Shown in pieces: positions 27,382 through 35,600 of a stretch of 42,112 bases of DNA. The stretch comes from Burkholderiales bacterium. GTDB taxonomy: Bacteria; Pseudomonadota; Gammaproteobacteria; Burkholderiales; CAIKXV01. Position 1 is the first letter of the stretch, and every line of letters begins with the position of its first letter. The position numbers and the translations under genes were made by a program. Below the pieces are notes generated by a model, which searched no databases, had not been told where the DNA came from, and worked only from the letters and a program-made list of their open reading frames with translations. The stretch covers positions 1-42,112 of the forward strand of contig JACMMK010000321.1 of the NCBI GenBank assembly GCA_014379045.1, given 5' to 3'.

Positions 27382-28632
27382 CTAGAACGACGGCTCGATC
27401 ACGTAGATGCCGCCGGCAAGACGGTCGACCCCGTAGACGAGGCCCTTCTCGTCGACCCACACGTCGTTCATCTGCGCAGCCCCCGCCGGTGACAGCGCCG
27501 GCGCCGCAGGAACGTAGTAACCGATCTCCTGCGGCTGGTAGGGGTTCTTCGTGTCGTACACCCGGATCCCGCCATTGAACATCGCGCAGTAGATGATCTC
27601 GTCCGAGCACGACGAGGTCTCGACCGGGATGTTGTCATGCAGATTGTGCGCACCGAAGCGACCGCCACGCTGCCCGAAACTGTCGACCGAAGGCATCGGC
27701 ATCGTGCTGATCGACACCGGATACTTCTCGTTGGCGGTGTCGAGCATCCACACCAGCATCGGCCAATCCTTCGCGCCGTCCTGCGTGCTCTCGTCGCTCA
27801 CCACCATCAGGTTGCGACTCAGCAGAGGCATTACCGAGTGATGGAACGCCGGGCGATGCGTCCAGCGCGAGACCATCTTCGGGTTCGTGCGGTCGCTGAT
27901 GTCGAGCACCACCGCACCGTAGTCGATGTAGCCGAGGTAGGCCCGGTCAGGGCGCTTCGGCCAGACGCAGGGGTTGTGCACCCGGTAGCCGGTGCGGCCG
28001 AGTTCCTTGCCGCCCGGATCGGTGCGCCAGGTCTCCTTGTCGCCCTTCTTCGTGCCCGGCGCCCACCAGCGACCCACTTCGACCGGCTTGGAGAGGTTGC
28101 GCACATCGATGATCCGATAGATCTGGTCGTCGCGCGGGTCGTTCGGTTCGAAGTCTCCGGCGCCGGACGAAATGTGCACGGTCTCGCCGTCGACGAACCA
28201 CACCATGTGCACGCCGCGCGAATGCGGACCCGAACAGTCGAAGAAGCTGATCGACTTCGGTTCGTCGGGGTTGGCGATGTCGAACAGTTCGAAGCCGGCC
28301 GGCGTGCCCCCCAGATCGCGTGTCTGGTAGGCCACCGCCATCACGTCGCCGACGACGTCGAGCGAGTTGGAACGCACGCGCGAGTGCGGCAAGGCGGTCT
28401 GCACGACCACCTTCGGCGCACGCGGATCGGTCACATCGATGCCGGTGAAATTGGTCGGTGCGGACTCGTGCGCGACCCACAGGATGCGCCGTCCATCGCG
28501 CGCCTTCTGGATGCTGATGCCTTCACCGACGTTGCCGTTGCCGTTCAACTCGTGATGGCCCAACAACTTCATGTTGAACGCGAGTTCCTTGCTGGGCGAG
28601 GTGCCCCCTCCGAGATTGCCGCTGATCGCCAT
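27382..28632 (-). CDS. LVIVD-repeat-like beta-propeller protein (hypothetical, no signal peptide)
   Basis: Recurrent blade-edge motifs GIDVTDPRAPKVV, LFDIANPDEPKSI, IIDVRNLSKPVEV, VVLDISDRTNPKMV and VYDTKNPYQPQEI. First gene of the COG0523 operon (37-nt gap). Confidence 0.7.
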   Translation of the reverse strand: MAISGNLGGGTSPSKELAFNMKLLGHHELNGNGNVGEGISIQKARDGRRILWVAHESAPTNFTGIDVTDPRAPKVVVQTALPHSRVRSNSLDVVGDVMAVAYQTRDLGGTPAGFELFDIANPDEPKSISFFDCSGPHSRGVHMVWFVDGETVHISSGAGDFEPNDPRDDQIYRIIDVRNLSKPVEVGRWWAPGTKKGDKETWRTDPGGKELGRTGYRVHNPCVWPKRPDRAYLGYIDYGAVVLDISDRTNPKMVSRWTHRPAFHHSVMPLLSRNLMVVSDESTQDGAKDWPMLVWMLDTANEKYPVSISTMPMPSVDSFGQRGGRFGAHNLHDNIPVETSSCSDEIIYCAMFNGGIRVYDTKNPYQPQEIGYYVPAAPALSPAGAAQMNDVWVDEKGLVYGVDRLAGGIYVIEPSF

Positions 28633-28784
28633 TCGAACTACTCCCCCTTAGATCGTGTAAGAGGCGCCTAGTTTAGTCGATCACACGACGGCGGAACCGG
28701 CCACGCATCGCCGACTCGTGGAGCCGGGGTCGTCGTGCGCGGGGTCAGCACGACTGCGGCAGGCGGCGGCCGCCACAAACAACT

Positions 28785-28808
28785 CGGGGGGGCCTCTCGA
28801 CCCCCCCG
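28785..28808 (-). terminator. G7/C7 hairpin followed on the minus strand by AGUUGUUUGU (candidate intrinsic terminator about 360 nt downstream of ppa)
   Basis: cggggggg-cctctcga-cccccccg is an 8-bp GC stem. On the minus strand the 3' flank is agttgtttgtgg. Confidence 0.4.
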
Positions 28809-28899
28809 GATACCGTTTCACTCGCTTGGCGACGCTCGTGTCCCGGATTCTTTTTGTTACCGGACTGGAGCACTGGGCGCGCTGCGTATCACTTGTTTC

Positions 28900-28923
28900 G
28901 ACGCAACTGGCGTGCGTCTTTTT
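28900..28923 (+). terminator. Hairpin + T5 (candidate intrinsic terminator for an unannotated plus-strand transcript)
   Basis: gacgca-actggcg-tgcgtc followed by ttttt, then a CU-rich tract cctccaacaacctcctcctgc. No plus-strand gene lies upstream. Confidence 0.35.
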
Positions 28924-29165
28924 CCTCCAACAACCTCCTCCTGCTAATCAGTGCTTCGACTGTTCAGCGCTGCGCGTTTTCGCAACACCGCAGAATTGCG
29001 AAGCGGAGCGAATCGTACACGCGCGCCTGGACGAAAACAATCTGTTTCCATACGAAGTCTAATAGACCGGACGTTTTCCCTCAGCGCCCCGCGAAAACTT
29101 GCGCGCCGCGCTACGAATTGCCGCGCGGAAAAGTCGAGGCGTCGGTTTAATGCACTGCAGCAGCC

Positions 29166-29714
29166 TTAAAACAGGGGCTTGCTTTTTGCAGCGTTGTAGC
29201 GCGCGACCCCCGAAAGAATTTCGGCGCGGGCCTCATCGGGACCCTCCCAACCCTCGACCCGAACCCACTTGTTCGGCTCGAGGTCCTTGTAGTGTTCGAA
29301 GAAGTGCGCGAGTTGCGCCAGGATCATCGGCATCACGTCGGCCGGTGAATGCACGCTCGTGTAGAGATTGCACACCTTGTCGATCGGCACCGCGAGCAGT
29401 TTGGTGTCTTCGCCGGCTTCGTCGGTCATCCGCAACATGCCGACCGGGCGGCAGCGCACGACCACCCCGCTGATCAGCGGATACGGGCTCAGAACCAGCA
29501 CGTCCACCGGGTCGCCGTCTCCGCACAGCGTATGCGGGACATAGCCGTAGTTGCACGGATACCGCATCGAGGTCGACATGAACCGGTCGACGAACATCGC
29601 CCCGGTGTCCTTGTCGACCTCGTACTTGACGGGGTCGGCGTTCATCGGAATCTCGATGATCACGTTGAACTCTTCGGGCAGGTCGCGGCCTGAGGTGACC
29701 CGGTCCAGATTCAT
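29166..29714 (-). CDS. ppa: Inorganic pyrophosphatase
   Basis: Collinear with E. coli Ppa: [75 protein letters not shown] and [17 protein letters not shown]. Confidence 0.95.
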   Translation of the reverse strand: MNLDRVTSGRDLPEEFNVIIEIPMNADPVKYEVDKDTGAMFVDRFMSTSMRYPCNYGYVPHTLCGDGDPVDVLVLSPYPLISGVVVRCRPVGMLRMTDEAGEDTKLLAVPIDKVCNLYTSVHSPADVMPMILAQLAHFFEHYKDLEPNKWVRVEGWEGPDEARAEILSGVARYNAAKSKPLF

Positions 29715-29766
29715 CGCGCGGTCCCCAATGGGCCAGCGAACTCGCTCGTGCGCGCACTCATCGCGT

Positions 29767-29955
29767 CTACTTCTTCGCGGCCAGGGTCGTGCCCGCCACG
29801 CCCCACTGCGTGCGCGGCACTTCCTGGATCGTCACCCAGACCGAATCGGCAGGGACGCCGACCGTTTCAGTGAACGCGCGTGTGACCTGTTCGATCAGCT
29901 TCGCCTTCTGTTCATCGGTGCGGCCAGGGGCCATGTAGAGTTGCGCGAGCGGCAT
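29767..29955 (-). CDS. 4-oxalocrotonate tautomerase-family protein
   Basis: 62 aa beginning MPLAQLYM (catalytic Pro1 after Met removal) ...[35 protein letters not shown] lies upstream of ATG 29955. Confidence 0.8.
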   Translation of the reverse strand: MPLAQLYMAPGRTDEQKAKLIEQVTRAFTETVGVPADSVWVTIQEVPRTQWGVAGTTLAAKK

Positions 29956-30049
29956 CGGAGGCTCCGGGGGGTGGCAGGAAAGAACCCCCATTATCGCTGC
30001 ACGCCGCTGCGCGCGCCCGCTCGAACTGCGGCCAGGCGCGCGGACGCGG

Positions 30050-31369
30050 TCAATCGAGCGTACGCAGTACCTCGCCGATGTGGCCGAACATCTCGTCGAT
30101 ATGCGCCTTCTGGACGATCAACGGCGGCGACAGCGCGATCGTGTCGCCGGTGATGCGCACCATGACGCCGCGCTCGAACAGCTTCACCATCGCCTCGTAG
30201 GCACGCGCGCCCGGTTTGCCGTCGCGGGCCTTCAGTTCCACCGCCGCGATCATGCCGATGTTGCGGATATCGATCACGTTGGGCAGTTCGCGCATGCCGT
30301 GCGCCGCATCGGCGAGATAGCCATGCAACGCGCGCGAAGATTCGAACAGGCCGGTGCTCTGATAAAGATCGAGTGTCGCGACCGCCGCCGCGGCCGCCAC
30401 CGGGTGTCCGGAATAGGTGTAGCCGTGGAACAGATCGATGACGTTCTCGGGACCGTGCATGAACGCGTCGAATACGTGATCTTTCACGATCACCGCACCC
30501 ATTGGAATGGTCGCGTTGGTGATGCCTTTCGCACAGCAGATCAGGTCGGGCGACACGTTGAAATACTGCGCTGCGAACGGCGTGCCCATCCGCCCGAACC
30601 CGGAGATCACCTCGTCGAAGATCAGCAGGATGCCGTGCTTGTCGCAGATCGCGCGCAGCGTTTCGAGATAGCCGACGGGCGGCGGCAACACCCCGGTCGA
30701 GCCGGCGACCGGCTCGACGATGACCGCCGCGATGTTCGATGCGTCGTGCAGCGAAACGAGGCGCTCCAGATCTTCGGCCAAGTGCGAACCCCATTTCGGC
30801 TGACCCCGCGAGAAAGCCGCCTCGCGGATGTTGTGCGTATGCGGCAGGTGATCGACCCCAGGCAGCATCTGCCCGCCGAAGATCTTGCGGTTGAGCGGAA
30901 TGCCGCCAACCGAGGTGCCGCCGAAGCCTACGCCGTGATACCCGCGCTCGCGGCCGATGAACTTCGTGCGCGTACCGTCACCGCGCGCGCGGTGATAGGC
31001 CAGGGCGATCTTCAACGCACTGTCGACCGACTCGGACCCGGAGTTCGCGAAGAACACATGGTTCATTCCCGCGGGCGCGAGACTCGCCACCTTCTCGGCC
31101 GCGCGAAACGCCATCGGATGACCCATCTGGAACGTCGGCGCGAAGTCGAGCGTGTCGAGCTGCTGCTTGATCGCGCTGATGATCTCGGCGCGGTTGTGGC
31201 CCGCGTTGACGCACCAAAGGCCGGCGCAGCCGTCCAGCACCTGGCGTCCGTCGTCCGACGTGTAGTGCATGTCCTTAGCCGACACCAGCATCCGCGGCTT
31301 CGCCTTGAATTGGCGATTGGCGGTAAACGGCATCCAGAAATGCTCGAGATTCAGATGCGGATCATTCAT
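30050..31369 (-). CDS. Class III PLP aminotransferase (omega-amino acid / beta-alanine:pyruvate type)
   Basis: HFWMPFTANRQFK, GLWCVNAGH, FFANSGSESVD, LIFDEVISGFGRMG and CCAKGITN (PLP Lys). Confidence 0.9.
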   Translation of the reverse strand: MNDPHLNLEHFWMPFTANRQFKAKPRMLVSAKDMHYTSDDGRQVLDGCAGLWCVNAGHNRAEIISAIKQQLDTLDFAPTFQMGHPMAFRAAEKVASLAPAGMNHVFFANSGSESVDSALKIALAYHRARGDGTRTKFIGRERGYHGVGFGGTSVGGIPLNRKIFGGQMLPGVDHLPHTHNIREAAFSRGQPKWGSHLAEDLERLVSLHDASNIAAVIVEPVAGSTGVLPPPVGYLETLRAICDKHGILLIFDEVISGFGRMGTPFAAQYFNVSPDLICCAKGITNATIPMGAVIVKDHVFDAFMHGPENVIDLFHGYTYSGHPVAAAAAVATLDLYQSTGLFESSRALHGYLADAAHGMRELPNVIDIRNIGMIAAVELKARDGKPGARAYEAMVKLFERGVMVRITGDTIALSPPLIVQKAHIDEMFGHIGEVLRTLD

Positions 31370-31494
31370 GACAGCCTCCGATGGGGCACGCAGACCGTGC
31401 GCGAGCGATGAAATGGTAGCGCCAAAAGCGCCGACCTCGCGTGAAGAACGCGATATTGCCCGCGCACCGGCATTCGTGCCGAGCGGCGCGCGCG

Positions 31495-32484
31495 CTACTC
31501 GAGCTTGATCCCGGTCTCCTTGATCAGTCGGGCGAGACGCTTGACGTCTTCGGCCATCAATTGGCCGAGTTGCTCGGGGGTGCTCGTTTCAATATCGACG
31601 CCCTGGCTCGAGAGCTTCTCCCTGATCTCCGGGGAATCGAGAATCTTGTTGAGCTCGGCATTCAAGCGCACGATGATCGGGCGCGGCGTGCCTGCCGGCG
31701 CGACGAACCCGAACCACGACTGGTAGTTGAAACCCGGTACCACCTCCCCGAGCGCAGGAATATCGGGCGCCGCACCGCTGCGCTTGGTGCCACTGACGCC
31801 GATCGCCTTGATCTTGCCCGCCTTCAGCTGCGGCAGCCCCGCCAGCAGCGGCAGCACGGCCACGGGCACTTCGCCGCCGATCAACGCCGGCAACGTCGCC
31901 CCCGCACCCTTGTAGGGGACATGGTTCAACTTCACCTTGGCCATCACCTGGAACAGTTCAGCGGCGAGGTGATTCGGCCCACCGTATCCCGACGACCCGT
32001 AGTCGATCGTGCCCGGCTTCGCGCGTGCAAGCGCGAGAAACTCTTTCGGCGTGCTCGCAGGAAAGCTCGGGTTGGCCGCGAGCAGCGTCATCGAAGCGCC
32101 GATCAGGCCGATCGGTGCGAATGCCTTGACCACATCCCATGAGTATTTGTTGATGGCGCCGGCGATCGACACCACCGGCTGAGCGAGATAGATCGTATGC
32201 CCGTCGGGATTCGCCTTCGCGGCGATCTCCATGCTGACCATGCCGCCGGCGCCGGGGCGTCCGTCGATCACTACGCGCTCGTTAAGGCGCTCACCGAGTC
32301 GCTCGCCGAGCACTCGTGCGATGACGTCGGACACGCCGCCCGGGAGAAAACCCGTGATCAGGCGCAGCGGACGGTCGGGGTACTTCTGAGACTGCGCCAG
32401 CGCCGGGGTCGAGACTGCCGCGGCAAGCAGCAACGCAACCGCGCCGAGAAGCGTGGAGCGGCGAAGAAAACAATGATCGATCAT
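31495..32484 (-). CDS. Bug/TctC-family substrate-binding protein
   Basis: Signal peptide STLLGAVALLLAAAVSTPALA, then YPDRPLRLITGFLPGGVSD...DGRPGAGGMV. Confidence 0.9.
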   Translation of the reverse strand: MIDHCFLRRSTLLGAVALLLAAAVSTPALAQSQKYPDRPLRLITGFLPGGVSDVIARVLGERLGERLNERVVIDGRPGAGGMVSMEIAAKANPDGHTIYLAQPVVSIAGAINKYSWDVVKAFAPIGLIGASMTLLAANPSFPASTPKEFLALARAKPGTIDYGSSGYGGPNHLAAELFQVMAKVKLNHVPYKGAGATLPALIGGEVPVAVLPLLAGLPQLKAGKIKAIGVSGTKRSGAAPDIPALGEVVPGFNYQSWFGFVAPAGTPRPIIVRLNAELNKILDSPEIREKLSSQGVDIETSTPEQLGQLMAEDVKRLARLIKETGIKLE

Positions 32485-32531
32485 CTATGACTCCTGAATG
32501 AACCCAATGAAAACCTGCGCTGCGAAACGCA

Positions 32532-33377
32532 TCACGCAGCCTTGAAGGGTGCACGCGCGTCGTACTCGTCCGCGGCCTGCGCCATCGTCACGAAGCGCGC
32601 TCCGCCGGCCGTCAACGCTGCAATCAGTCTTTCGAGCACGAGCATCCGGTGCCCGCGTCCGATCACGAACGGGTGGAAGGTGTAGGTCAGCACGCCCCAG
32701 TCGACGACCGCGCGCTGCATGTAGGTGAAGTCGGCTATCCAGTTGTCGACGACCAGATTCGCGTTCGAGTTGCCCGGCAGCAGCGTCTGCGGCGTGCGGA
32801 TGAACTCGAATACGGGATAGTCGTCGAGCGACCACGATATCGGCAGCTCGATCAGCCGCGTGGCAGGGCCGAACACCGCAGGTTGCTCGAGTTCGATCAC
32901 GTCGCCCTGGCGCACCCGATACGGCGTGTAGTCGTCGCCCATCATCGAACTGTCGTACTCAAACCCGTGCGCGAGCAGCAGCTCGACCGAATGCGGCGAC
33001 AGATCCCACGACGGCGAACGATAACCGCGTGCCGGGTGCCCGGTCAGCCGGCGGATCGCCTCGTTCGCCCGCGCGAGCCCCGCTTCTTCCTGGTCGCGCG
33101 TCAGCGCCGCCGGCGGCACATGCGTCCAGCCGTGATGCGCGATCTCGTGCCCGGCAGCAAACACCGCTTCGCATTGCCCCGGATACGTCTCGAGCGTGTG
33201 TCCAGGTATGCACCAGGTACTGCGCACGTCGTGCCGACGCAGCAACTCGAGGATCCGCGGTGCTGCCACCGGGCCGAACTCGCCGCGCGAGATCGGCGAC
33301 GGCGAGGTCATCCCACGCGAGATGAACCCCGACATCGCATCGAAGTCGAAGGTGATGCAGACGAGCAGGTCGGCCAT
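32532..33377 (-). CDS. Polysaccharide deacetylase (NodB-homology) family protein
   Basis: CITFDFD (Asp-Asp metal/catalytic motif), GHEIAHHGWTH and RGYRSPSW. ATG 33377 chosen as start. Confidence 0.85.
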   Translation of the reverse strand: MADLLVCITFDFDAMSGFISRGMTSPSPISRGEFGPVAAPRILELLRRHDVRSTWCIPGHTLETYPGQCEAVFAAGHEIAHHGWTHVPPAALTRDQEEAGLARANEAIRRLTGHPARGYRSPSWDLSPHSVELLLAHGFEYDSSMMGDDYTPYRVRQGDVIELEQPAVFGPATRLIELPISWSLDDYPVFEFIRTPQTLLPGNSNANLVVDNWIADFTYMQRAVVDWGVLTYTFHPFVIGRGHRMLVLERLIAALTAGGARFVTMAQAADEYDARAPFKAA

Positions 33378-33489
33378 GCGGCGGGCGCGACCGAGGTCGC
33401 GCGCTGAGGGAGAACCCCGATACTTACCACAAAGCAAGTGCAATGCCGGGCTGGAGTGTCCGGTAAAACGCTACTCGAGGGCTAGCCGC

Positions 33490-34485
33490 TTAGTCGACGC
33501 GGGCGCCGGTCAGCGCAATCAGCTTCCCGTACTTCTCGAAATCGGCCTTGAGGCGTGCACCGAACTCCTCCGGCGTACCGCCCCACGGATCGAGCGCCTG
33601 CCCCGACAGGGTCAGCGCAACGTCGGGCACCTTCAGCGCGCGGTTGACCTCGGTGTTGAGCCGGTCGACAACGGTACGCGGCGTCGCAGCGGGCGCGAGC
33701 AGGCCGATCCACGGGCTGAGCTCGTAGCCGGGCACGCCCGCCTCGGCGATCGTCGGCACCTCCGGCAACGTCGGCGAACGACGCGCCGACGCGACGCCCA
33801 GCGCGCGCAGACGCCCCGCCCTGATATGCGGGATCACCGAGGCGATCGTCGCGAGCGAGGCCTGCGTTTCACCCCCGAGCAACCCCACCACCTGGGGCCC
33901 ACCGCCCTTGTACGGGACGTGCACCAGCCGGGTGCCGGTGGTCGACGCGAGCAACGCCATCGACAGATGCGGAATGCTGCCGTTGCCCGCGGTCGAATAC
34001 ATCAGCTGTTCAGGGCGGCTGCGCACCAGCGCGATGAACTCCTTGACGCTCTTTACCGGCAGCGAGGGATGCACGACCAGTACCGCGGTCTGCGCCGTCA
34101 ACAGCGCGACCGGTGCGAAATCGCGCAGCGTCTCGTACGGCAGACTGCGGTACAGGTGCGCGTTCGCGACGTGCGTGACCGACTGCACCAGCAGCGTGTA
34201 ACCGTCGGGCAACGACTTGGCGACGTAGTCGGTACCGATGGTGCCGCCGGCACCGCCGCGATTGTCGATGATGAAGGTCTGCCCCGTCGCTTCACCGACC
34301 TTCTGCATCACGGTGCGTCCGGCGATGTCGTTGGCACCCCCGGGCGGCCAGGGGATCACGACGCGCACCGGCTTCGCCGGGTAGCCTTGGGCGTAGGTGA
34401 TGCCGTTGAGCATCCAGGGCAGCGCCGCACTCACGATCCCAGCCAGGATCTGCAGACACCTGCTCGTCGAGTCGTTCCAAGTCAT
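33490..34485 (-). CDS. Bug/TctC-family substrate-binding protein
   Basis: Signal peptide (CLQILAGIVSAALPWMLNGITYA), then YPAKPVRVVIPWPPGGAND...DNRGGAGGTIG. The 672-aa track ORF is an off-frame extension. Confidence 0.9.
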   Translation of the reverse strand: MTWNDSTSRCLQILAGIVSAALPWMLNGITYAQGYPAKPVRVVIPWPPGGANDIAGRTVMQKVGEATGQTFIIDNRGGAGGTIGTDYVAKSLPDGYTLLVQSVTHVANAHLYRSLPYETLRDFAPVALLTAQTAVLVVHPSLPVKSVKEFIALVRSRPEQLMYSTAGNGSIPHLSMALLASTTGTRLVHVPYKGGGPQVVGLLGGETQASLATIASVIPHIRAGRLRALGVASARRSPTLPEVPTIAEAGVPGYELSPWIGLLAPAATPRTVVDRLNTEVNRALKVPDVALTLSGQALDPWGGTPEEFGARLKADFEKYGKLIALTGARVD

Positions 34486-34505
34486 CGGGCACCTGTAAAA
34501 CGGGT

Positions 34506-35447
34506 TTATTTGCGCAGGCCGAGTCCAGTCGCGGTCGACAATGCGATCTCGAACTCTGCGGCGAGCGCCTGATGGAACGCGTGCGGACCCAGGTAGGCCG
34601 TGGCAGCACCCATGGCTTCGATGCGCGAGACTAACGCAGGGTCGGTGGTCGCGGCGCGAACTGCAGAATCCCAGGTGTCGACGATCGCCGCAGGCAAGCC
34701 GGGGGGACCGACGATACCCGTCCAACCCAGAAGATCGAAACTCGGGAAACCCGCCTCGGCCGCGGTTGGGATCTGCGGCCACGCATTCACACGCACCGTG
34801 CCGCTGAGTGCGAGCGCGCGCAGGCGCCCGTCCGCAAGTAACGCCCGCATCTCGGCCAGATACTGGCCGGCAAAGTCGGTACGCCCGTCGATCACTGCAT
34901 CGAGTATTGCAGCACCGCCGTGGAAGGTCAGCCGTTGCAATCGCGCGAGGTCGATGCCGGCGGAATCGAGCAGTCGTGCGAGCGCGAGGATCGACGCACC
35001 CCCGGTGCCGGAGGTGCCGATGCGGTAACTTTCGGGCGCGCTGCGCACCTGTTCGAACAATGCGCCGAGCGAATGCCACTCGGCTTCGCCGCGCACGACG
35101 AAGGCAAGCGCGCTTGCGCTGACCCGGGCGACGAACGTCGGCGCGTCCCATCGATACGGCAATGCACTGTCGATGGCCGGATTCTGGGTCGCCTGCCCGG
35201 TCGCGCTCACCATCATCGTGTTGCCGTCGGGCGCCGCCCCCAATATCTCGAGCGTGCCGGTCGTGCCGCCGGCACCGGCGACGTTGCGTACCGCGACCGG
35301 GCGGTGCCACGCGTGCTGCAGATGGTCGGCGAGTACGCGCGCGGTGAGGTCGGTCACGCCGTCGGGGGGGAACGGGACGATCAGGTCGATCGGGCGCTGG
35401 TCGGTTCCCGCATCGCTGATGTGCATAGGCATGGTGGCGGCAGTCAA
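34506..35447 (-). CDS. Bug/TctC-family paralog lacking any signal peptide (possibly 5'-truncated or decaying)
   Basis: The family core begins at residue about 18 (RPIDLIVPFPPDGVTD...RNVAGAGGT). An in-frame TAA lies 2 codons upstream of the TTG start, so no N-terminal extension is possible. Alternative ATG starts at 35432 and 35426. Confidence 0.7.
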   Translation of the reverse strand: MTAATMPMHISDAGTDQRPIDLIVPFPPDGVTDLTARVLADHLQHAWHRPVAVRNVAGAGGTTGTLEILGAAPDGNTMMVSATGQATQNPAIDSALPYRWDAPTFVARVSASALAFVVRGEAEWHSLGALFEQVRSAPESYRIGTSGTGGASILALARLLDSAGIDLARLQRLTFHGGAAILDAVIDGRTDFAGQYLAEMRALLADGRLRALALSGTVRVNAWPQIPTAAEAGFPSFDLLGWTGIVGPPGLPAAIVDTWDSAVRAATTDPALVSRIEAMGAATAYLGPHAFHQALAAEFEIALSTATGLGLRK

Positions 35448-35600
35448 TGGTTAGCTTGCGCGCCGATCTTCGCGAACGACGCGTTTCAAGCAACAGACCG
35501 CGGTGCACGCAGCGCGCCCACCATCAGGCCCGTTGCAGATGAGCCCGAACCGCCGTCATCGCGCTGCCCGAGCGAGGTCGCACAGACTCCTCACGCGGAA

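Noticed and set aside
28633-28720. Zur box or cobalamin riboswitch upstream of the propeller/COG0523 operon
   Set aside because: There is only a weak 6-bp inverted repeat (tcgtgt...acacga). No B12-box-like or AT-rich Zur palindrome was recognisable by eye. This needs a proper PWM/CM scan.
28718-29169. Plus-strand ORFs of 72-114 aa in the large intergenic gap
   Set aside because: There is no RBS, and the translations are low-complexity or implausible (for example MEPGSSCAGSARLRQAAAATNNSGG). The ORFs are crossed by hairpin/T-run structures. The region is treated as non-coding.
30080-31411. 443-aa plus-strand ORF
   Set aside because: It is antisense to the class III aminotransferase, which has unambiguous PLP-enzyme motifs.
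33490-35508. 672-aa minus-strand ORF
   Set aside because: The Bug protein starts at ATG 34485. The upstream part is an off-frame reading of the neighbouring Bug paralog (34506-35447), which has family motifs in its own frame.
35448-35600. Intrinsic terminator or att-like repeat downstream of the STAND gene
   Set aside because: Only 4-5 bp stems were found. No U-tract is present, and there is no repeat shared with the 41404-42112 flank.
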